DNA of 64,000 nt from Octopus bimaculoides. Lineage: Eukaryota. Below are positions 49,805 to 61,952 of this stretch, in pieces. Position numbers and translations under genes: made by a program. The notes under the pieces were generated by a model that was not told the origin of the DNA, did no database searches, and was given only the letters and a program-made list of their open reading frames with translations. Positions within the stretch are counted from its first letter, which is position 1, and every line of letters starts with the position of its first letter. Where the stretch lies: positions 107,858,191 through 107,922,190 of the forward strand of contig NC_068985.1 in assembly GCF_001194135.2 (NCBI RefSeq), given 5' to 3'.

Positions 49805-51711
49805 GGAGTTTTGAGAGTTTTGTGTTTGGGGAGATGGTCCTATAAGTTATAGTTGAAGTAGGTAAGAAAAGTTTGTATCAAAGCGTTAAATTTTTGTAAT
49901 AGTTGCCTAATATATCGTGATGGGTTAGCACCAGTGTAACTCTACAGTATTGTTTGATTCCTATTTATCACTTGGAAGTGGTTCTTGTGTTGTGAATAGG
50001 TCTGAAGCAAAATGTCTGAGTGAAATAATTTATTGCACTCCAAGCTCCATAGGTCTTTGTGTTAAAATCCCTCCTTGTAGATATTGTCATGTTTCTGGGT
50101 TGTAAATTTAATTTCACATACTTTAGGTTACTTAGCTTTGGGGCTTAAGTGTCAGATATCTTCTTGGTGAGTTAGCTGCCTTAGATTAGTGTTGTCCTAT
50201 CCATGTACATTTATCTCACATCCACTACACTATATTGTTCAAGAAACTTTGCCTTTCATCCCTTTGAGGTTGACAACATAAGTATTAATTGAGCGCAGGG
50301 GTCAATGCAATTGACTAGTCCCTCCTAGAAAATTCCAATTCTTGTGCTTTTAGTAGAAAGGATTATTGTTATTAGAGTTGTGAGCTGGCGGAATTGTTAG
50401 CATATTGGATAAAATGCTGAGTAGTACTTCTAGCTTTGCTTGGAGTTCAAATGCTGTTGAGGTTGAATTTGCTGTTCATCCTTTAGAGGTCAGTGAAATA
50501 AGTACGAGCTGAAAACTGGAGTCATGTAATTGACATCCACCTCCTCTCAATATCCCCACCTTTTGCCAAAATAGAATGAATTATTAAAAGAAAGCAATAG
50601 ATAGATAGATAAATACAATGGCAAGAAATCCTATGAATCTGTAATTTGTTTACTGCAGAAGTTTTATTCTCTTTTGCCAACAATTACTGAGTGGGTGGAG
50701 CTAGAATTTGAACTAAGACTTTTCTGTTTTCAAATGAAATGCCCCATCAGCCAACTTCTAGTGTGATAATTTTCAAGCCTGAATGATAAACAACCACCAT
50801 GAGTTAAAACAAGATTGTGTAGGTGTTATTATAGTGAAAAATAATCTGCTGAGTAGAATGTTGACTGATGGTTGCATCCAACATAAGTTAGATGTTATTA
50901 GTTTAGCTACATCTATTTAGTTTTGTTGTTGTAATGATGATTATGATATAGTTATTTATATATATTATTTGAAACAGTTTGTCAGATTGCCAAAATACAA
51001 AGCAAGGGAAATTGTAAGGCAGTCTTTTCTGTGTTGTGTATCTGTTCTTGTGAGAGAGCATTAATGAATATTTATGTTTTTACATAAGAACTGGAACATT
51101 TAATTTTGCTTTTTTTTCTGGTGACAATTTGTTTTGATTTTTCTTTTATCTGATATTTTGTTCTTCCCTTTTCCTGACATTAAATCATGCAGGATAAATG
51201 TTTTTTTTGTTCTTTGCTTAGAGATCGGNNNNNNNNNNNNNNNNNNNNNNNNNNNNNNNNNNNNNNNNNNNNNNNNNNNNNNNNNNNNNNNNNNNNNNNN
51301 NNNNNNNNNNNNNNNNNNNNNNNNNNNNNNNNNNNNNNNNNNNNNNNNNNNNNNNNNNNNNNNNNNNNNNNNNNNNNNNNNNNNNNNNNNNNNNNNNNNN
51401 NNNNNNNNNNNNNNNNNNNNNNNNNNNNNNNNNNNNNNNNNNNNNNNNNNNNNNNNNNNNNNNNNNNNNNNNNNNNNNNNNNNNNNNNNNNNNNNNNNNN
51501 NNNNNNNNNNNNNNNNNNNNNNNNNNNNNNNNNNNNNNNNNNNNNNNNNNNNNNNNNNNNNNNNNNNNNNNNNNNNNNNNNNNNNNNNNNNNNNNNNNNN
51601 NNNNNNNNNNNNNNNNNNNNNNNNNNNNNNNNNNNNNNNNNNNNNNNNNNNNNNNNNNNNNNNNNNNNNNNNNNNNNNNNNNNNNNNNNNNNNNNNNNNN
51701 NNNNNNNNNNN

Positions 51712-51915
51712 ATGTGTGTGTGTTTTGTGGAAACGTGTGTGTGTGTTTTGTGGAAACGTGTGTGTGTGTGTTTTGTGGAAACGTGTGTGTGTGTTTTGTG
51801 GAAACGTGTGTGTGTGTGTTTTGTGGAAATGTGTGTGTGTGTGTGTTTTGTGGAAACTTGTGTGTGTGTTTTGTGGAAACTGTTGTGTGTGTGTTTTGTG
51901 GAAATTGCTGTGTGT
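51712..51915. repeat. Satellite of (TG)n-ttttgtggaaac units (~19-23 bp)
   Basis: About nine units directly after the N gap, degenerating to the right. Confidence 0.9.
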
Positions 51916-52559
51916 GTATTTGTTCCTCCAACCCATACTTGACAACTGGTATTGGTTCATTTATGTACCTGTAAATTAACAGTTTGGCAAAAGAAACTTC
52001 CATAATGAGAATTGAACTTAAAAAAACCCAAAAAGAACTGGAATCAATTTGATTGACTGAAACCCTTCAAACTGGTGCCTCAGCATGGTTGCAGTTCAGT
52101 GACTGAAACAAGTAAAAGAATAAAAGATTATTTACTTTGTCCATTCATGGTGAGGTGCACATTTTCGACAAATGAGCAGTGAACAAAAAAAGTCTTTTAG
52201 CACTGTTTTACACTTATCACTCTTTTAACTACCATCTCTTGTATTCCATTTTAAAATCAATGCTAGAATAGATCGGTGGTTTTATTTATTCAAGATTTTC
52301 TTTTCTTTTTATCTTCACACATTGGACTTGATGGCTTGAAAATATTCTTATATTGTAGTTGGGTGTCCTTTTTTTTTTTACCCATATCAAGTCCATGGGG
52401 TTATCTCTTGAGTAGATTAATGGAGATTCATAGAATAACTACCTCAGGGTCCCATTGTAAAGTCTGGCCTCATGATTTAAACCACTGAAGAGTTTAATAT
52501 TAAGTGTTTACTGAAATATATTTGTTTGTGTTTTTCCTATTTCTTTATTTTCCTAACAG

Positions 52560-52627
52560 AATCCTCAGTCTTTTGTGCTGGGATGGGAAACTGTGAACCT
52601 GGGAAAGAAGACAATCTCTCTCAATGC
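52560..52627 (+). CDS. Coding exon preceding the PH core (phase 1-0); contains an internal ATG at 52583 (MGNCEPGKEDNLSQC)
   Basis: Strong acceptor ttctttattttcctaacag|, donor TGC|gtatgt in phase 0, which joins G-I-N-G-K-W in frame. KEDNL may correspond to the KEGxL strand-1 motif of PH domains. Confidence 0.7.
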
Positions 52628-53653
52628 GTATGTGGGTCTGTCTGTTTTGATTTGTCTTGCTTATTCAAGACTGAAACTAATGTGGACAAAAGAAAAACTA
52701 TGGTTGTTATGATTAATCATAAAACAGTCACCCAAAACCTCAACAGAATAGTATGTCACTGGACTGTATACACCTTCAAATATAAAAACAGATCTGCTGT
52801 AGAGAGTGAGCGATAGATGCCTGCTATATTGCCAGCACAGAAAAGTTAACAGAAATAATATGAAGTCTTTCTGTACACTAACGTATTTTTTAAACTCTTT
52901 TGTTACCATATTTCTATTGAAATATGCTGCAATGAATTTAGTAAAAAGATTTTGTAATTATTAAGTTAGTATTCGAAGCAAAAATTAACACAAAACTTTG
53001 ATAAGTTTTTATTTAGATCACTTTATAACAGAAAGCTTGTTTCATAGAACCGTAGGTAGCCTCAGATGGTTTGATACCAAAAGGGTTGAGATGTGGTCTC
53101 AAGTTGCAATGTTTGTCTCCAGATCCTAGTATTTCTTTTGACATTTTCCCATTTTCTGCTGGCAAAATTTAACTGTTTGCATAAGTCTACTTGAGTAACA
53201 AATGTCACTTCTACAATAGAGTTTAGTGGTTGGGATGATGTCAAACTGAAAAAATACTGCTGTAGAAACCATGCCACAACAGACAAAGGAAGTCAAGACA
53301 GCTCCCCAACTGGCTAGCTCCATGTCAAACCATCCAACCCATGCTAGCATGGACAATGGACATTGAATGATGATGATGACACACATGCACATATATACAC
53401 ATATGACAGGTTTCTTTCAGTTTCTGTCTACCAATTCCACTCACAAGGTTTTGACTGTTCTGGTGCTACAGTGCAAGACTTTTGTTTAGACATGGCTCTG
53501 TGGTTAAGCTTACTTCCCTACCATGTGGTCTTGGTTTCAAACACTGCAGAACACTTTACGAAGCTGTCTTTTAATATAGCCCTGGACCAATCAAAACCTT
53601 GTGAGTGGATTTGGTAGATGGGAACTGAAAGAAGCTGGTTAAATGTGTGCATG

Positions 53654-53686
<33 letters not shown>

Positions 53687-54418
53687 CATTGTCTAGATAT
53701 CACATAATGGTTGTAAATGTGTATTATTGTCATAAAAGCAAAGATGTTCATTTCCAGTCTTCCATGAAAAACATGTATGCCTGGCTGTGGATAAGTATTA
53801 ACTTGCTTAGCAACAAGTGAAGATTGGTGATGGAAAGAGCATCCAGCAAGTAGAAAATATCAACATATTCCATCTGGCCCATGCTAGCATGAAGAATAGA
53901 CATATGGTGATGTGTAATAGAAAATTTAGAAGTGAACAGAATTGTATGTAACTATACTCTATAGAGCTATCAGGCCGTGCTATATTTTAGACATCACTGA
54001 ATTGAATGTCCTGTGGTGGTGGTGGGGAGGGTTTGTGTTATTATGCCTGTCTATCTTGTCAGGTCTTTATACCTTGACATTTTCTCAGTTCTCTTGATTG
54101 ATATGTTTCTATTCACGAGTCATCACATCGAAATCTATCTCTCTTGTTTTTACTGTTTTTATTGACGCTATGGGGGGGGGGGGGTCAGTTAACTCACTTG
54201 CCTCACTTGACATTTAACCACACAGTGTGACATCACCTCTATTTCTGCTGTATTTGCATATTGTTGTTTTGGCCAGGTGGAGGTCAATTTATTGCTCATA
54301 ATATTAATCCTTTTCTTACCATGTTTCTGCTGAATACACTGGTGTTGTTTCAATAATTTCAAAAATTATGAAGAATTTAGTCGGTGAAATGTAACATGAA
54401 ATTTTGACAGAATTTTAA

Positions 54419-54748
54419 CCCATAAACTGTGATAGGCCACCTCAGTGGCCAACGCGACAGTGCGATAGGCCACCTCAGTGGCCAACGCGACAGTGCAATA
54501 GGCCACCTCAGTGGCTAACGCGACAGGCCACGTGTGTGGCCACGGAAGTAGGGCATGATCTGACCTAATTTTGATGACGTATAATGTATGCGCACGATAC
54601 CCTTTCACCCCAGAAACAGTGTAGTCAACCACCGAAGGTGTTAAGAAACACTGATTATTTTTTTCGAGTGATAGATCGATGTTGACCTTTACCCAAAATA
54701 GGCTCAGCAGTTCGTGTTACATACAGCAAAATCCCAGCAGTTTATGGG
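54419..54748. mobile_element. piggyBac-type non-autonomous element with an internal palindrome array
   Basis: Perfect 11-bp TIR cccataaactg / cagtttatggg with TTAA on both sides (54415-54418, 54749-54752). Confidence 0.85.
54431..54541. repeat. 33-bp tandem repeat x ~3 carrying GGCCAC-N4-GTGGCC palindromes
   Basis: Units start at 54431, 54464 and 54497; a fourth palindrome lies at 54526-54541. Confidence 0.95.
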
Positions 54749-54925
54749 TTAAATTTAAATCACTTTAAAACAGAAAGTTTGCACCAAGAAACCAAGGTTG
54801 GTTGGGTTGGTATTAAAAGGGTTACACATATTTGGTACCTGTTCCTACCAACAGGTAGTTGAACTGAGGCAAAGTAGAATATAAGAGTACTACTTTTCAC
54901 TCTTATTCTTCTACTTTATTTTCAG

Positions 54926-55090
54926 GGCATTAATGGTAAATGGAAAGCCCGAAGGTTCCAGTTGACAGAAGATCACCTTATTTATCATCGGAAATGGAAG
55001 AAAAGAATAGGAGTCAGTTCTCTACCGTTGGATGGTTGTTCTGTAGTGTGTCCATGTTTAGATGCAGATTTACCATCCAGTAATCCATCT
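54926..55090 (+). CDS. Coding exon, core of a pleckstrin-like PH domain (phase 0-0, 55 codons)
   Basis: Acceptor ctactttattttcag|G, donor TCT|gtaagt, 165 nt open. Translates GINGKWKARRFQLTEDHLIYHRKWKKRIGVSSLPLDGCSVVCPCLDADLPSSNPS. The motifs WKARxFxL, LIY and LDGCxxxCPCL resemble the first PH domain of vertebrate pleckstrin-2 as I recall it (WKARWFIL...LLDGCTITCPCLE). Orthology not established. Confidence 0.9.
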
Positions 55091-55154
55091 GTAAGTATTC
55101 CATTTTCTTACTAGTTTTGAATTTGGTTCATATCTATCTAAAAAAAATACTTTG

Positions 55155-55185
<31 letters not shown>

Positions 55186-55222
55186 GTGTGTATGCTTGTA
55201 TGTATATATCTTTTTTTTACAG

Positions 55223-55356
55223 AATTTTCTTCTACAGAATTTAAGTCAGTCGATAAACAGTGACAAAGCTCTTTTGTTTAACTCAAGACTGCTCTTATCT
55301 CAGTGTTTGTGGATATCTCATTTGTTTCGTGCATGTGTAGATAAACTTGCAATTAT
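55223..55356 (+). CDS. Coding exon, C-terminal half of the PH domain (phase 0-2)
   Basis: Acceptor ttttttttacag| after a 132-nt intron, in frame with the previous exon. Translates NFLLQNLSQSINSDKALLFNSRLLLSQCLWISHLFRACVDKLAI, with the PH C-terminal helix Trp (W-I-S-H-L) at the expected spacing from the last strand (LLFNS). Donor AT|gtaatt. Confidence 0.7.
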
Positions 55357-55566
55357 GTAATTGGTACTCGTGTCGCATTTGTATACAAGTGGTTGTATGT
55401 GTATGCTTCATTATTTTTGGTGTGTGTGTGTGTGTTTTACCTTTTTCAGTCATTGCACTGCTATTATCCTGGATTACCACCTTAATCTGTCAGTCTCTTT
55501 TGCTGAACTGCTAAATTATGGAGATGAAAATAAACGAATGCCAGTTGCCAAGTCATGGTAGAGATG

Positions 55567-55685
<119 letters not shown>

Positions 55686-56646
55686 GTTGGGTTTCAATGT
55701 AGTTTTCCATCTACCAAATTAATTCACAAGGCATTGGTTGGCCAAGACTATAGTAGAAGACAGTTGTGCAAAGTGACACAGTGGGAGTGAACCTAAAACC
55801 ACGATGCTTGCAAAGGCGAGCTTTTTAACTATACAGCCATGCCTCTATGTTTGTATGTATGTGTATATTCCATATGTACATATGATCATATATGTGTGTG
55901 TGTCTGTGTGTGTATTTATTCAGCCTAATGACTTTAAATGGATATTCCCTGGAATGTTTTACAAGTGATTGTATTTGGGGAATGTGAATCATTCAGCTGT
56001 ATTCTTTCTTGGAGAATCCCGGCGTTTCTAGGCTTTTATGTAAGTCTATTTGTTACACGTCTCAGTGCAAATATGATGTGTACAAATGAAAATCTACAGC
56101 TTTAATATAAGTGTTGTAAGATTCCCATTATATCTTTTATCTTGTTTCAGTCATTAAACTGCAACCATGTTGGGGTACTGCTTTGAAGAATTCCCATGGT
56201 TTTTTAAATTTTTTTTTAGTTGACTGAATTGGCCCCAGACTTATTATTTTAAAGCCTGGTACATATTCTGTCAGTCTCTTTTGCCCAACTGCTAAGTTAT
56301 GAGGACGTAAACAAACACCGGTTGTCAAGCAGTGGCGGGGAACACACGCACACACACAATGGGCTTCTTGTCGTTTCTAACTACTATATCCACTCACAAG
56401 GCTTTGGTCTCCCTGCGGCTATAGTAGAAGACAGTGGGATTAAATCCGAAACCATGTGGCTGGGAAACCAACTTCTTACCACACAGCCCATGTATACTTG
56501 CTTTCTCTTCGTCTCTCTTAAATGCTAACAATCTTAGATGGTTTGATGTAAAATGTATTTGGCTGTCATCAGTTAAGAGATGAGACTTCTTACTTCCAGT
56601 GTCTTCATATTTTAGTATAAATAAATCGATACTTTTTCCTTTTTAG

Positions 56647-56699
56647 TATCTCACCTCTCTCATTGAGGGGCCCCTTGCTACGTCTTAAGAGCCACAAAG
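56647..56699 (+). CDS. Coding exon (phase 2-1), possibly the first strand of a second PH domain
   Basis: Acceptor actttttcctttttag|, donor AAG|gtaatt. The only open frame needs a phase-2 upstream exon, which 55223-55356 supplies. Translates (I)ISPLSLRGPLLRLKSHK. Confidence 0.6.
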
Positions 56700-59304
56700 G
56701 TAATTAACAAATACTCTTGTACTGTGGTGCAAGAAAATCAAAAGACCCTGTTTTTAGTGACATGAAAATACTACTGATGATTTCTTGTCTTTTGTTGGGT
56801 CATTATCTTAATTCATAATTATGGTTATATTGTTTGCCTTCATTAATCATTACCCTGCTACTTAATGATACAGCTAACTCATATCACTTAAATATGGAGC
56901 TGATGACTGTCCAGAAAAATCTCTACCACTATTACTATTATTGTTGCCGCTGCTGCTGTTATTTATTGAATATAAATGGCTAATTACCATGTATTATTAT
57001 TGTTGTTCATACTCTCCTGGGTAAGGTATGTTTATGACCCGGTTTTAATCCCAGGTTGAAGCTGTTTTGTTTAATTTATATCCCCTTATTGTTTCTCTGA
57101 AGCATGTGGTTACTGTCAGAATGATAATAATGGCAAACAGTAGTTGGCTGGGTGTCAGATTTTTGATAAAAATATCCAAAGTTCATGTCCACCAAAACAC
57201 TTTACCCTCAAATGTCTTGATTCAAACAGTTTGTGAATGAATGGCATTTTTTGTTGTTGTTGTTGTTGAGCACATGGGAATTCTTTATAATGGTGTAAAT
57301 GCCACTTTGAAAAGGATGATTAGTTCGAGATACATTTACAGAGAAATTGAAATCTTTCAGAAGAGATCCTTAACCTTTTTGATAAAATCCCACCTGATAC
57401 CACTCCTTATTCAGTGACACAAACAAGCAATGTTACTGTTTACAAATTGCTATGTGCAGTAAACATAAATATATCTTATTTTAGATAATACAGAAATGAG
57501 TGTCTCATCTGTATTATGATGACATTGAAGTGAAATGGCTCAACTGTGAGGAACCAGTGACACTCAGCTTTCTTTGGGATTTGATACCTAAAGGCCTTGG
57601 CAAGCTGTAGTATGCAGATAGCAGGATCTGAACTCAGTACTGCAAAAAAGCAAAGCATTTGTCAGTTTTCAACTGATTTTGATTAATTGGCAGTATATCC
57701 ATAGATAGAACTAAGTCAGTCAAGAGACAAGTTTTTTTAAAAGCGAAGTGTTAGTCATGTTACAAGCAGTTGACCCTTTTGCCTTGTAAATGGCCTCTTT
57801 TCAATTATATGTCAGCTGAATATCAGTTCTTGAGAATAGGGTTAGGCAAGGCTGTATAAAATTTAGATGTATTTTGGACAAAAATTGTCAAACTTAACAG
57901 ATCCTATTAGGATCTGTTAAGTTATTTTTAAGTCAAGTTTTGTGGCTTCATGGCCCATTCAAGTAGAAAGTTGTTGACTGAGATGTATCCAGGTATAGGT
58001 GGCTTATCTAGTATCCCTTGAAGAAATTTGGTCAGGGCCTATAGTGGAAAAGAAATTGTGTTGCAGTGTATTTGTGTTGTAAACCTGAATTGTGTAGGGG
58101 TTGTTTAGCATATAGCCTCAGCCTTGTATGAATTCTAAATTTGATATTGAGGTCATTGAGCAATGTTGGAGGTCTATTCACTACATTGTGTAAATGATGT
58201 TAGTGCTCCTCTGGCACTGGACAGAATAAAGTATAATTAAGAAGTTCACTTTCTTTTGTACCATATGGTTTTAGGTCCAGTCCAGTTGTGTGGTACTTTG
58301 GTCAAGTGTCTGCTGTTAGAGCTCTGGGTTGACTAAAACCATGTGAGTGAATTTGATTGATGGAAACTGTGTGGAAACCCATCATATGTGTGTATCTGTG
58401 TTTATACTTCACTCCTTCCTATAAAAGTTGTGACATGAGTAGTGGTGCTGTTTTCCTGTCAACAGATCAGAAGCTTGCTTTGTGCCTTTGAAGTCATATG
58501 GAATAAGAGATCCCTTACTTGATACTTATGTGGGTTAGTGAGATGAAGGGCATTTGACTGTAAGATGATGCCGTGATAACATATTTGTCTTACTTATGCT
58601 AGTATGGAAAAATGAACATGAAATAAATAAATGAATAAGTAGACCCAAATAAGTAAAAGATTCTTTTGTTTTGTTTATGGTGCAGTTTGAAAGAATAATA
58701 AGCAAAGGAATGGCTCAAGAATATCAGATATCTGGCTCCGATATCTGATATTAAACACTAAACTATTATCTGATATTAAACACTAACACTATTATTGATT
58801 ATTAAACACTAAATTTTAAAGTGCACATTGCAAGATGGAATGAAGTAGATTGTGAGATTTAATCACAGAATTTAGAGGAATGACTTTAAATTAAGTGCAA
58901 AGCATTATATAGTCAAGTACTCTTCAGTTATTTATACAAATTTTGTATCTTTTCACTTGTTTCATTCCATGCTGGAGCACTGCCTTGATGGGATTAGTTG
59001 AACATATTGACCCCTCTACTTATTTTTTAAAGTCTGGTATTCTATCGATACCTTATGCTGAATTGCTAAGTTATGACAATGTAAACAAGCCAACAGCAGC
59101 TGTCAAGCAGTGGATGGGCAGATGCAAAGAACACACACACTCACATAACCTATGGGCTTCTGCACGATTTCTGTTTACCATATTCATTCACATTGTGTTG
59201 ATCAGCTCGGGGCTATAGTAGAAGAAATTTACCCAAGGTGCTGCAACAGTGGAACCGAGCCTGAAATCATATGGTTGCAAAGCAAGCTTAATCATCACAT
59301 AGCC

Positions 59305-59628
59305 CGAAGGTTCCAGTTGATCCGATCAACAGAACAGCCTGCTCGTGAAATTAACGTGCAAGTGGCTGAGCACTCCACAGACACGTGTACCCTTAACGTA
59401 GTTCTCGGGGATATTCAGCATGACACAGTGTGACAAGGCTGACCCTTTTGAATTACAGGCACAACAGAAACAGGAAGTAAGAGCGAGAGAAAGTTGTGGT
59501 GAAAGAGTACAGCAGGGTTCGCCACCATCCCCTGCAGGAGCCTCGTGGAGCTTTAGGTGTTTTCGCTCAATAAACACTCACAACACCCGGTCTGGGAATC
59601 GAAACTGCGATCCTATGACCGTGAGTCC
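59305..59628 (-). mobile_element. SINE family A, lacking its 3' tail and cut by an assembly gap
   Basis: Same body sequence; abuts a family C head at ~59304 and the N gap at 59629. Confidence 0.85.
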
Positions 59629-61917
59629 NNNNNNNNNNNNNNNNNNNNNNNNNNNNNNNNNNNNNNNNNNNNNNNNNNNNNNNNNNNNNNNNNNNNNNNN
59701 NNNNNNNNNNNNNNNNNNNNNNNNNNNNNNNNNNNNNNNNNNNNNNNNNNNNNNNNNNNNNNNNNNNNNNNNNNNNNNNNNNNNNNNNNNNNNNNNNNNN
59801 NNNNNNNNNNNNNNNNNNNNNNNNNNNNNNNNNNNNNNNNNNNNNNNNNNNNNNNNNNNNNNNNNNNNNNNNNNNNNNNNNNNNNNNNNNNNNNNNNNNN
59901 NNNNNNNNNNNNNNNNNNNNNNNNNNNNNNNNNNNNNNNNNNNNNNNNNNNNNNNNNNNNNNNNNNNNNNNNNNNNNNNNNNNNNNNNNNNNNNNNNNNN
60001 NNNNNNNNNNNNNNNNNNNNNNNNNNNNNNNNNNNNNNNNNNNNNNNNNNNNNNNNNNNNNNNNNNNNNNNNNNNNNNNNNNNNNNNNNNNNNNNNNNNN
60101 NNNNNNNNNNNNNNNNNNNNNNNNNNNNNNNNNNNNNNNNNNTTATGTTTTCAGGAACATATATTATGTTTTATATTCACAAATATTAAGATTCTTCTCC
60201 ATAGAAGATAAAATTTTCAATATAACTTTTTTTTTTTTAAATTGGAAAATTGTCCCTTCTGGATTAATACAGACTTTTATTATCATTTTTTTATTAATTT
60301 TTTTAATTAAAAAATTTAACTTAACATTTTCATTGTAATACATTTAAATTTTTAATTAGAATTTGTTTTTAATTCTGTAATCAAGAAATTTTAACTATAG
60401 TTTTCTTTTAATTTGGAAAATAATTTTTGTTTTTCTGTAAAGCAATTTTTATTTATAGGAACTTATTTTAAATTTTTAAATAAAATTAGTTTGTGTTTCT
60501 GGAAGGTACAAATTTCTATTATAACACTTTCAAATTTTTAACTAGAAAATTTTTCAATTTTTTGTGGAAGATAACTTTTATTACCCTTTTTAATTCACAG
60601 ATTCTATCATGGCAATAATTTAATGTCATTAAAATCATTTTTATTATATCTAGGCACAGGTGTGGCTGTGTGATTGAGAAGTTTACTTCCTAAGCACAGG
60701 TTTCAGATTCAACCTCACTGCATGACACCCTTGGTGTCTTCTAACACTAATCCAGCTCTTGGCTGACTAAAAGCCTTGTGAGTGGGCCCATCATTTATAC
60801 ATACATAATTTATATACATACGCACATATTTATCATATATTACGTAAGCATGTATATATGTCTGTGTTTCCTTATCTTGACATCCTGTAATTGTTGTAAA
60901 TGAGTGGTGATTCATTTCCAATATTCTGTGCAAACAAGCCTGTCCATAGAGAAATATTAACATTGCTTGGAAACATGTAAAGGCTGGTAACTGGAAAGGT
61001 ATTCAATTGCAGAAAATCTGCCGCAGTAAACTCTGCCTGGCTCATGTAAGCAGAAAAATTTGGATGTTAAAATGATGATGATTTTTGTGTGTGTGTGTGT
61101 GTGAACTTTTATTAAATAACTAATAGAATTAAATTATGGCAGTGATATAATTAGTGAATTAATTAAAAAGAGTAGTAATGAGCACACATATCACACTCAC
61201 ATCTAATGGGAATTATACTGAATGTAACTAGAGTATGAAAGTTAGATAAAACATCCAATCATGACAGTGAAACAAGCCCCCCTCCCACTTTTTTTTTCTT
61301 AATAATACAGCTCTGCCTTGAAGGGTTTAGTCAAACAAATCAACCACAGTACTTTTTTTTTCTAAACCTGGTACTTCTATTGGTCTCTCTTTGCTGAACT
61401 GCTATGTTATAGGGTCGTAAACCAACACAGCTTGTCAAGCAGTGGGGTGTGTGTGTGGGGGGGGGGCAAATGCAAAGATACACACACTCGCACACACACA
61501 CACATATCCCTGTATATGTGTATATGATGGACTTCTTTCAATTTGAGTCTCCCAAATCTACTCATATAGCTTTGGTTGATCCGGGGCTTTGATGGAAGGC
61601 ATGTGGTATGAACTGTAGGACTGAACCTGGAACCATGTGGTTGGGAATCAAACTTCTTAATACAAAGCCACATCTGCATCTATTATTTCTGGAATAGAAA
61701 TTTTCTAATGTAAGCACAAGGCCATTTTGAGGGGGTTGAAGTTAATGGATTATACTGAGCCCTGTATTTGACTGGTACTTTATTTTCTTGAAATTGGCAT
61801 GAGTTGAGCTCAGAATGCAAATTGCTGGAACAAATGGTGCAACAATTCTACCAGTTCACAAATTTTTGCACAAGGCCAGCAATTTTGAGGGGAGGGGCAA
61901 ATTGATTACATCAACCC

Positions 61918-61952
<35 letters not shown>

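Larger units (their letters stand above)
54304..54825. mobile_element. TTAA-type MITE (host of the 54419 element)
   Basis: Ends ttaatccttttcttacc and ggtattaaaagggttac; body matches the copies at 29618, 45497 and 52890. Confidence 0.75.

Noticed and set aside
54926-55356. Assigning the symbol PLEK or PLEK2
   Set aside because: The similarity is from recall and covers one PH domain; no DEP domain is visible and the N-terminus differs, so orthology is unproven.
58742-58756. Resemblance to U2 snRNA (reverse strand)
   Set aside because: Only a short AT-rich match with nothing flanking it; explained by the local hairpin and tandem repeat.
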